From positions 1-26,026 of the IMG/VR virus record IMGVR_UViG_3300011334_000314: DNA of 26,026 bases; one strand, given 5' to 3'. Position numbers and translations under genes: made by a program. The DNA comes from a virus. Lineage: Duplodnaviria > Caudoviricetes. Shown here one piece after another: positions 1 to 6,719 of the stretch (position 1 is its first letter; each line of letters opens with the position of its first letter). Under the pieces are notes generated by a model. The model was given only the letters and a program-made list of their open reading frames with translations, made no database searches and was not told where the DNA came from.

Positions 1-104
1 AAACAAACCACCTGTTAAAAGTGCGAGTGTGTCAAACATCGCAATAGGACAAACGTAATAGGTGAAAGTCGCAACGTAACTCAAAACGATTAAATTAATA
101 ATAA

Positions 105-112
105 CAAATATA
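105..112 (-). promoter_or_regulatory. Bacteroidota sigma-70 -7 promoter element (TATATTTG), firing leftward downstream of the holin-like gene
   Basis: Plus-strand CAAATATA at 105-112 is TAnnTTTG on the minus strand; intergenic; no clear -33 element. Confidence 0.55.
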
Positions 113-173
113 GCGATTACTCGCTTACTTGAAACTTTTGAACACGAACTTAACAACGACTTCAACCATTGCT

Positions 174-422
174 TCATAAAAATTTCAATATGAATTGAAC
201 GATTAACCCACCAACGACACCAGCAGCAGTTGCAATACCACCCAAACGAGCGACCTGCAAACGTTGGTTCTGAATATACTTGTCGTGCTTTTGAACCTTA
301 CTCACAAGACCTTCAATCTTCATCTCGTCGTCGCCTATTAAGACGTGATAGATGCGGTCTATTTTTTTATTTAACTCTTGGAGTTCCTCGTGTATCAATG
401 CTATCTCGTTTTCTGTGTTCAT
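174..422 (-). CDS. Putative holin / lysis membrane protein (coiled-coil N-terminus, single C-terminal TM helix)
   Basis: 82 aa; hydrophobic C-terminus LGGIATAAGVVGGLIVQFILKFL; ATGA overlap with the endolysin stop. Confidence 0.55.
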   Translation of the reverse strand: MNTENEIALIHEELQELNKKIDRIYHVLIGDDEMKIEGLVSKVQKHDKYIQNQRLQVARLGGIATAAGVVGGLIVQFILKFL

Positions 423-862
423 TTGAAGTAAAGTTGTATTTCTGCTTCTCTACGATTTACTAAACCTTTAAGCACAACACCACCGCCTTTGTTCCACATA
501 CGGAAAGAATCAGCTATCGTTGCGTCTAATGGGTTCACATTTAATTTTCTCAAAACTGAAGACTTCTTGAACCCACCCACACCGATATTGTAAGCAAGAG
601 AAACACACGCGCTAAATTGGTTCTCGTTGAGCGTTTGCGTTATCAAGGCACGAACAGAAACGGCAAACTTGTCCACAACGTTTTTCGCTAATTGCTCCGC
701 TCTTGCTTGAGTTATTATATCGCCTTCCTTAACCTTCGTTCCGTCTTCGTAGAAAGTGTTTCCATATCCAATAGTCCACACGTTAGCCGGGCAGAGATAA
801 GCCTTCAAACGACAACCTTCAAAACGCTTTAACAGCGCATATCCTTCAGCGTTAACTTTCAT
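419..862 (-). CDS. Endolysin, GH24 phage lysozyme
   Basis: FEGCRLKAYLCPANVWTIGYG (E15-x8-C24-x5-T30 triad), AYNIG and GLVNRREAE motifs typical of GH24 muramidases. Confidence 0.95.
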   Translation of the reverse strand: MKVNAEGYALLKRFEGCRLKAYLCPANVWTIGYGNTFYEDGTKVKEGDIITQARAEQLAKNVVDKFAVSVRALITQTLNENQFSACVSLAYNIGVGGFKKSSVLRKLNVNPLDATIADSFRMWNKGGGVVLKGLVNRREAEIQLYFK

Positions 863-968
863 TTACTAATCGCTTTATTTGTTTCTCTTTTTTCAAAAGG
901 TACTTACGAAACTTTTCTTCGTAGACCTTCTGCTTAACCATATCTTTCTTGCGCCCTGCTTTCGCCAT
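852..968 (-). CDS. Small basic protein (38 aa, MAKAGRKKDMVKQKVYEEKFRKYLLKKEKQIKRLVNES), not in ORF track
   Basis: Manual translation; ATG at 968 after an A-rich leader; fills the gap between adaptor and endolysin and overlaps the endolysin start. Confidence 0.7.
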   Translation of the reverse strand: MAKAGRKKDMVKQKVYEEKFRKYLLKKEKQIKRLVNES

Positions 969-983
969 TTGTTTTTGTGTTCG

Positions 984-1556
984 TTATCTAATCCAACCAA
1001 GACCTTGCCTTCTATAAGTATAAGAACGTCGGTCGCGTCCGTCGCTAATCTCAAAAGCATTCGACGGATAGACATTTGTTTGCGACCATATCTGTTGTGT
1101 CTCGTTCGTAGTGTACTCTGGAAAGTCGCTTTGATTAAAACACAAGAAGTCGACCATACGTTGTGTGTAGAACATCGCTTTTGAGCGCGATTGATCGCGG
1201 TAATTTTGCAAGTCGGTTTGCGTGATAGGTGTAGTGTCTTCGCTTGTACGAATTACAAGACTTCCGTTGTCTGTTTTAACGTACAAATGAGGAAGCATTT
1301 CGTACAAAGACCACCACATTATCATTCGACGTAAGTAAGTGTCTAAAAGTTCCTCGTATGCGCCTGTAATGTCGTCGTTTACAACGTCTTCTTTAATCTT
1401 GTTGTACAAGTCAGTTCCCAAATACAACTGCGCGTATTCGTCTTGTGCAAGATATATCGCAGGGTACATCAAAAGAGGGTCAACGCTTCCGTTAATCCAA
1501 CTGTATTTTTTTATGTAGTTTTCGTCTATTAAAAGAACTTCGGGTTGTAGTGCCAT
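984..1556 (-). CDS. Head-tail adaptor / head completion protein
   Basis: 190 aa helical protein directly after the portal; AQD..LGTDLY..I and FPEY motifs recalled from Bacteroidota phage adaptors. Confidence 0.65.
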   Translation of the reverse strand: MALQPEVLLIDENYIKKYSWINGSVDPLLMYPAIYLAQDEYAQLYLGTDLYNKIKEDVVNDDITGAYEELLDTYLRRMIMWWSLYEMLPHLYVKTDNGSLVIRTSEDTTPITQTDLQNYRDQSRSKAMFYTQRMVDFLCFNQSDFPEYTTNETQQIWSQTNVYPSNAFEISDGRDRRSYTYRRQGLGWIR

Positions 1557-1566
1557 TGTGTTTTTT

Positions 1567-3270
1567 TTATGAGTATTTTAATGAACCGCGTGAAGGTGTG
1601 TCGTTTGGACGAATTGATTCTTCGCCTTTTGGAAATAGTTCGTTTGCAATTGCGCCTGTTACAACTTTGTCGTTTTTCAATCCGTCGTTTGGAAGGAACT
1701 TTCCGCCTTGTCTTTTACGCATAAATACCTTTCTGAAGAAAGCGTGGCGGCAATAGACCCCCCCTTTCCACCTCCAAATCGAATAATTTGAGCTACCTTG
1801 GGGTGCAAACTCTCCGTTCACTCCCGCGTCACCCATTTGAATAATATCTTCGTAACGAAATAGCGCACCCATTTTGGAAAGTGCAACCATTTCTTGACAG
1901 AAATCGCGTGTAACTATTTCTCCGTCTTTATATGTGAAGTTCTTTGAATAGTAGTAACGAACTTTATAAAGTCCCGTGTCCTTTTCGTCTTTTTGGTCGG
2001 GGTTTGAATAACCACGAACGCTCATAAATTCAGAGCGAAAGTTTTCTTCGTCGTCTGGATTAGTTACTTCTTCGTCCGAAAGCAATTGCCATTCTTCTTC
2101 GTTGATGTACTCAGCCTTTTCGCGTAAGTGCGCCAACCAAGCGTCGCCTTGTTCCTTGCTTATCTTATTTTCAGCAACCGCAACTACTTTTTTTTTTAAT
2201 TCGATTGATTGTGTTGTTGGTTCAACAACTACCGCAACGTCGTCAAAAACGTTGTTCATTTCAATCTTCAAATCACTTCCAAGAATAGGTGCAAAAGTAT
2301 TTGTTATGATTCGTTGGTATGGCTTAATAACTTGATTATTGAATATCTCTAAACCAACCAACATTTCGTCTTTGTTCGAACCGAAGCCGTTAGATTCGCG
2401 TATGCCGTGAATAAGAGGTGAAACAACGCGGTGTCCAACCATTATTTGCTTCGCGGTTTCTTCGCTTAAAAATTGATATTGTTTGTCAGCATCGGAAAGA
2501 GGAAACGCTTGTATGTCTGGAGTGCGTGCAGGATCTTCGTTGAAAGTCATTAAGAACTTCCCTGCGTTGCTTGCACCGCTTAATCTTTCTTCCCATTCAC
2601 GGCGAATAGCTTCACGTTCTTCTTTTTGCGGAATGCCATTCAAGAAATTAATAATGAACGAAGGGAATAAACCGTTCAAGATATTATTAACGTGGTAAAG
2701 TCCCATTTGATGCGACAACTCGATATAATTCAACGCACCAAAGTAGTCGGGTTTAGGATAGTAAGAACTTCCTGCCATCATTCCGTGTGCGTAGATAACT
2801 TGTCTTGGTTGTTCTTGTGCTTGTGAAGGATTGAACGCAGGAATAAATTCGGGTTTACCTTTCTTTGAACGTGAATTTCTCCAGTCGCGAGAATACCAAA
2901 CACCTGTAATTTCTTCTTCTTCTTTATCGTAAGCAAGACGACAATTTTCAAAAGGCAAATGGTTAATCTTTACAACGCGTGTAAAGTCCATTGACCAAAT
3001 AACCTCAGCAACAAACGCACCCTGCAATTTTAAGTCGAAAGAAATGCCTTGCAAAGCATTGTCGAGAATCGTACCCGTACCTTGTCCCTCAATCATGAAC
3101 GCAATCGAGTTCGTCAACGCGTTATGAATTGGTGAGTTGTAGTAAAGGTTGATTAAGTATTGCGGATATAGGTTGTCATTTCCGTAATCAATCCAACCGC
3201 TACGATTTTCTTTTTCAATCGCCTCTGTTGGTATGTATCGGCTTAACGCTATTTGTTGAATGTTGCTCAT
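1567..3270 (-). CDS. Portal protein with ~200-aa C-terminal extension
   Basis: YGNDNLYPQYL..LY..SP.H, YYPKPDY, LSGASNAGKF and IMVGHRVVSP motifs of Bacteroidota phage portals; extension carries RDFC..M and KGGVYCRH. Confidence 0.88.
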   Translation of the reverse strand: MSNIQQIALSRYIPTEAIEKENRSGWIDYGNDNLYPQYLINLYYNSPIHNALTNSIAFMIEGQGTGTILDNALQGISFDLKLQGAFVAEVIWSMDFTRVVKINHLPFENCRLAYDKEEEEITGVWYSRDWRNSRSKKGKPEFIPAFNPSQAQEQPRQVIYAHGMMAGSSYYPKPDYFGALNYIELSHQMGLYHVNNILNGLFPSFIINFLNGIPQKEEREAIRREWEERLSGASNAGKFLMTFNEDPARTPDIQAFPLSDADKQYQFLSEETAKQIMVGHRVVSPLIHGIRESNGFGSNKDEMLVGLEIFNNQVIKPYQRIITNTFAPILGSDLKIEMNNVFDDVAVVVEPTTQSIELKKKVVAVAENKISKEQGDAWLAHLREKAEYINEEEWQLLSDEEVTNPDDEENFRSEFMSVRGYSNPDQKDEKDTGLYKVRYYYSKNFTYKDGEIVTRDFCQEMVALSKMGALFRYEDIIQMGDAGVNGEFAPQGSSNYSIWRWKGGVYCRHAFFRKVFMRKRQGGKFLPNDGLKNDKVVTGAIANELFPKGEESIRPNDTPSRGSLKYS

Positions 3271-3653
3271 TATGCGCCTGTATATATTACGTCTACGGGA
3301 ATCGTAGGCGTTGAAACGTCAAAGTAAATTGTTCCATTTGATAGTATCATTGAACCACGTTCAACAAGACCTACAACGGATTCATCTGTTGGATCTAAAT
3401 TGCTGTTGCTGTTCTGTCCGTACACGTCGTACTTGTACTTTCCAGCGTCAGTTAAACCAACTGTTGTTAAACGTATTTTAGTAACACGTTCGTTTTCGTT
3501 TATTACGGTAACGACTTGTGCGAGTTGTTCGCCTGTCATTTCGTAAGTTAAAACAAGAAGGTAATTTGTGAATGCAACGTTGAAGTATTGGCGACCTTCG
3601 TCTAACGAAAGCCACGCATCTTGATTCGCAGTATTTGTATTCAAATAAACCAT
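3270..3653 (-). CDS. Virion structural protein (possible head closure; beta-rich)
   Basis: 127 aa; G.YKYDVYGQ..SNLDP...GLVE.G motif; lies between tail tube and portal; 1-nt overlap with the portal start. Confidence 0.5.
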   Translation of the reverse strand: MVYLNTNTANQDAWLSLDEGRQYFNVAFTNYLLVLTYEMTGEQLAQVVTVINENERVTKIRLTTVGLTDAGKYKYDVYGQNSNSNLDPTDESVVGLVERGSMILSNGTIYFDVSTPTIPVDVIYTGA

Positions 3654-3684
3654 TCTAACTTTTATTTGTTCGTTGAAATTACAG

Positions 3685-3713
3685 CACAGAGGGACGCGTT
3701 GCCCCTCTATGTG
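3685..3713 (-). terminator. Stem-loop downstream of the tail tube gene
   Basis: cacagaggg...ccctctatgtg inverted repeat; weak U-tract. Confidence 0.5.
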
Positions 3714-3733
3714 TAAAAGTTTTTTGTCAGTTA

Positions 3734-4240
3734 TTAGTCAAGGATTGACAAAGGCGCACCGCTCAACTTGTACGCTCTCTTTGGAGTTTCGTGAACGAAT
3801 GCCAAAGTGTATCCGTTGGCGTCACCCAAAGTTGCTCCAGTCGCTGCTGTTGCAGTAGAAAGGTCTGCTCCGTACTCGTAACCAACAGCCCACCAATTGT
3901 CGTTTGAATCGTTAACGAAAATCATTGGACGAGCCTGTGCAACTGTTTGCAATTCCAAACGTTTTGCGCTTGATAATTTTTGCAACATTACATTCACAGT
4001 CTGCGTGTAAAATACTGTTCCGTTGTCGCGGTTGAAGTTGATTGTTTCTTCGAACGATCCTGTTTGCGTTGGTAGTTCGTAAGTGAACAAATCACCTGCA
4101 ACTGGACCTACGATAGCAGTAACGATTTCGTTTGCGTCTAAAGTCAACGAAGTAACTGTATCGCAAAGAACAATTTTCTTAATCCCACCGATGCCGTCTT
4201 TGCAATCGAGTGTAAATCCTGTACTTAATTCACAAGCCAT
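3734..4240 (-). CDS. Major tail (tube) protein
   Basis: MAC.L..G..LDCKD.IGGIK N-terminus and NGTVFYTQ / GDANGYTL motifs typical of Bacteroidota siphovirus tail tubes; follows the capsid gene. Confidence 0.75.
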   Translation of the reverse strand: MACELSTGFTLDCKDGIGGIKKIVLCDTVTSLTLDANEIVTAIVGPVAGDLFTYELPTQTGSFEETINFNRDNGTVFYTQTVNVMLQKLSSAKRLELQTVAQARPMIFVNDSNDNWWAVGYEYGADLSTATAATGATLGDANGYTLAFVHETPKRAYKLSGAPLSILD

Positions 4241-4258
4241 ATTATTAGTTTTTTATTA

Positions 4259-4302
4259 GCACAAAAGAGGAGCGGTGTTTAAGCCGCTACCTCTATTCGT
4301 GC
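4259..4302 (-). terminator. Intrinsic terminator / long stem-loop after the major capsid gene
   Basis: Minus strand agagg-tagcgg-cttaaaca-ccgct-cctct followed by tttgt. Confidence 0.65.
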
Positions 4303-4322
4303 AAGGGTTAGAATGGTTGAGA

Positions 4323-5225
4323 TTATGCAGTATATTGGTAGAATGCGATTTCGTCACCGAAGCCGTATTGTACACCTGCGAAGAATGAACAAGCGAAACG
4401 AACGTTGTCAGACAAATCTTTGTCGTACATATCCAATACCGCTACGCTATTCCATTGGTCAAGTAAGTTAGTACCGAACCAAAGGTTGCTCTTTTGGAAC
4501 ATAGCCATTGTGTCGTCGGACATACCAGGACACTCGATAATATCGTACTGACCCTGCCAAGTCATTTTAACTGTTTCACCTTGGTACAAGTAGCTTCCAC
4601 CACCAAGACCTAAGATAGCAGTTCTGAACGCTTCAGCAACGTTAGAAGATACTGCGATAACAGGCTTTTCAGTAGCACGACGAACGCGTGTTGGTAAAGT
4701 CAATACTAAACGAGCCATTTCTTCGATTACGTTAGCAGAAGTAATAGCTTCTGGAGTAGCAACGTCAAGAACAGCAGCGTCAGCTAAGAACAAAGTCTCA
4801 AAACCTGCGTACTCACCTGCTGTTGCGTTGACACCCTGCCACATAACAACCTCGTTGTTAGCAGCGATACCCGCCATAACGTTAGCAATGATTGCGTCAG
4901 TCAAAGAAGCGTGAAGGTTTCCGTCTTGCTCAGATTTAGCTTCCCAGTCTGATAAGAAATCTTTCTTACAAAGTTGACGGTGAACTTGGAATTTTTCCAA
5001 AGTCAAGATGCGCTCAGTTAAAGTAACTGTTCCTGTTGGAGTAAAGTCACAAGTCGCGTTTGCGAAAGTGATGTTGTCAACTAAGCGACGAACAACTTGT
5101 TTGTACTCGATGTTTTCTTTGAAGGTAACCGCAGCCAAAGACTCGTTACTCAAGAACGCAGCGCGGATATATCCTGCTGCTTCACGACCTGCAAAGGTTG
5201 TGGTTAATGAAGTGGTAGTAGCCAT
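4323..5225 (-). CDS. Major capsid protein (HK97 fold)
   Basis: 300 aa after protease and scaffold; CDFTPTGTVTLTERIL, LCKKDF..DW, WQG, SNLWFGT and GVQYG motifs; biased codon usage. Confidence 0.88.
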   Translation of the reverse strand: MATTTSLTTTFAGREAAGYIRAAFLSNESLAAVTFKENIEYKQVVRRLVDNITFANATCDFTPTGTVTLTERILTLEKFQVHRQLCKKDFLSDWEAKSEQDGNLHASLTDAIIANVMAGIAANNEVVMWQGVNATAGEYAGFETLFLADAAVLDVATPEAITSANVIEEMARLVLTLPTRVRRATEKPVIAVSSNVAEAFRTAILGLGGGSYLYQGETVKMTWQGQYDIIECPGMSDDTMAMFQKSNLWFGTNLLDQWNSVAVLDMYDKDLSDNVRFACSFFAGVQYGFGDEIAFYQYTA

Positions 5226-5244
5226 TTTTTATTTGTGTTTTTTT

Positions 5245-5814
5245 TTATTTGTTTAAATGAAATACGAAGCGTTCTTCTGCCGACATTTTAGCGTATGGCT
5301 TAGAAGGTGCGCTTTGTTTGTTTTGTTTAACTTCTTTGATTGATTGAACCGCAGGTTGTGCGCTCAACTTCTCAACGTTAGATGAAAGTTCTGCGTTTGC
5401 CTTTTTCATTTCAGCAAGTTCGCTTTCAAGTTTAGCAACCAAAGACAAAAGACCTTCAACTTCTGCGTTGAAAGAATCTGCAACTACTTCCGTAGCTTGT
5501 TCTTCTTCAATTACAACTTCAACCTCTGGAGCTTCTTCTTCCATTGGTCTTAATTCGGTTACAACACCGTCAGCAACAACAACTGTAACTGCTTCTGCTG
5601 TCTTGTACTCTCCGTCCATAACAACAACCTCGTTGCCGTCTACGTCCTTAGTGAATACACGAACACCAACTGCCCACGCGTCGCTATCTGAATAGATGCT
5701 TGTACCGTCCTCTAAGATCGCTTCAACCATTTGCTTCACCTCAACTACTTCTTCAGCAGAAAGGGAAACATTGTGCTTTGCGAAAAGAGCGTTTACTTTT
5801 TCTCGTAAGTTCAT
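5245..5814 (-). CDS. Capsid scaffolding protein (probable start MNLREK at 5814)
   Basis: Acidic, with LEDGT and DGEY motifs and a coiled-coil C-half; between protease and capsid; the longer 5871 start runs through a promoter-like region. Confidence 0.72.
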   Translation of the reverse strand: MNLREKVNALFAKHNVSLSAEEVVEVKQMVEAILEDGTSIYSDSDAWAVGVRVFTKDVDGNEVVVMDGEYKTAEAVTVVVADGVVTELRPMEEEAPEVEVVIEEEQATEVVADSFNAEVEGLLSLVAKLESELAEMKKANAELSSNVEKLSAQPAVQSIKEVKQNKQSAPSKPYAKMSAEERFVFHLNK

Positions 5815-5857
5815 AATGTGTTTAATTAATAATTTAGTACCTAAATAGAAAAGAGCG

Positions 5858-5865
5858 TATATTTG
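5858..5865 (+). promoter_or_regulatory. Bacteroidota -7 promoter element (TATATTTG), antisense to the late operon
   Basis: TATATTTG at 5858-5865, about 50 nt upstream of a plus-strand terminator; -33 element imperfect. Confidence 0.55.
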
Positions 5866-5869
5866 TTTC

Positions 5870-5942
5870 ATAATTGATTCTTTTCATAGTTTCTTTTTGA
5901 TTTTAAGGTTTGAACGGGGGAGTAGTTACCCCCGTTTTTTTT
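5870..5942 (+). ncRNA. Candidate ~70-nt small RNA with a U-rich single-stranded seed and terminator
   Basis: Bounded by the -7 element (5858-5865) and a plus-oriented intrinsic terminator (5913-5942); no ORF. Confidence 0.5.
5913..5942 (+). terminator. Intrinsic terminator on the plus strand
   Basis: aacggggg-agtagtta-cccccgtt followed by a T run only in the plus orientation. Confidence 0.75.
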
Positions 5943-6117
5943 ACCCTAAAGTTTCAAGAATAGTATTCAGAACTTTCATTTCGTCCTCATTCAATCCGTA
6001 CGTCTTGAACCCCATTGCGCCCTGCTCTTTTGTTATTTTAGTAAGCGCTAAAAGAAACAGGTTTGCGTCGTCGTTGAACAATTCGACTTTGAGAAACCCA
6101 CCTGCTTCGATGTTCAT
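5941..6117 (-). CDS. Hypothetical protein (58 aa, MNIEAGGFLKVELFNDDANLFLLAL...ILETLG), not in ORF track
   Basis: Manual translation; ATG abuts the protease stop; the plus-strand 5897..6121 ORF is its shadow. Confidence 0.75.
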   Translation of the reverse strand: MNIEAGGFLKVELFNDDANLFLLALTKITKEQGAMGFKTYGLNEDEMKVLNTILETLG

Positions 6118-6708
6118 TTAGTTCTCTTTCAAAAGGTCATTTAGTTCTTCAAGAATGGCTGCAAATTCCTCGTGTGAGTGCATATACATTTCTTTCTCAG
6201 CAATGAAATTTCCTTCGATAGAGAAACCTAACACCTCTTTGTTTTGAATCTGCTTCTTTACTTCTTCGTTCTCTACTTTCATACAACCGAACCAAGTACC
6301 TTCTGGAAGTGAAAACCCGAAGTTCTTCGACTTGTCGTTCTCACCTTCAATGATCCACGTTTCAACGAGCGACACTCCGTCAACAACTTTCGCGTGTTCA
6401 ACTGTTGCATTGTTTTGGTTTGCTTGTTTTAAGTAGTTGTAAGCGATAGCGCGAATTGTTTCTTTTGAGTATTTAACGTAGTATTCCTCGTCCGTCTTTT
6501 CGTCGCGTCTATAAATGAGTTGGTCGGGAATAAGCAAAGCGCCGTATAGAAGACCTCTAAAATCTTCTTTGAACTTCACGCTGTGTTGTTCGCTTAACGC
6601 TACAAAATCGACACCTATCGCAGGTTGTTCTACTACGCTAATAGCATAAACACCGAGCGTTCCTTCGTCGTCAATGCCGTATTCAATTACTTTAATTTTT
6701 TTGTTCAT
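6118..6708 (-). CDS. Prohead protease (XkdF-like serine peptidase family)
   Basis: AISVVEQPAI..DF, G.LLIPD..IYR, TVEH, ETWI, LPEGTW and GFSIEG motifs. Confidence 0.88.
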   Translation of the reverse strand: MNKKIKVIEYGIDDEGTLGVYAISVVEQPAIGVDFVALSEQHSVKFKEDFRGLLYGALLIPDQLIYRRDEKTDEEYYVKYSKETIRAIAYNYLKQANQNNATVEHAKVVDGVSLVETWIIEGENDKSKNFGFSLPEGTWFGCMKVENEEVKKQIQNKEVLGFSIEGNFIAEKEMYMHSHEEFAAILEELNDLLKEN

Positions 6709-6719
6709 TGTTTTATTTT

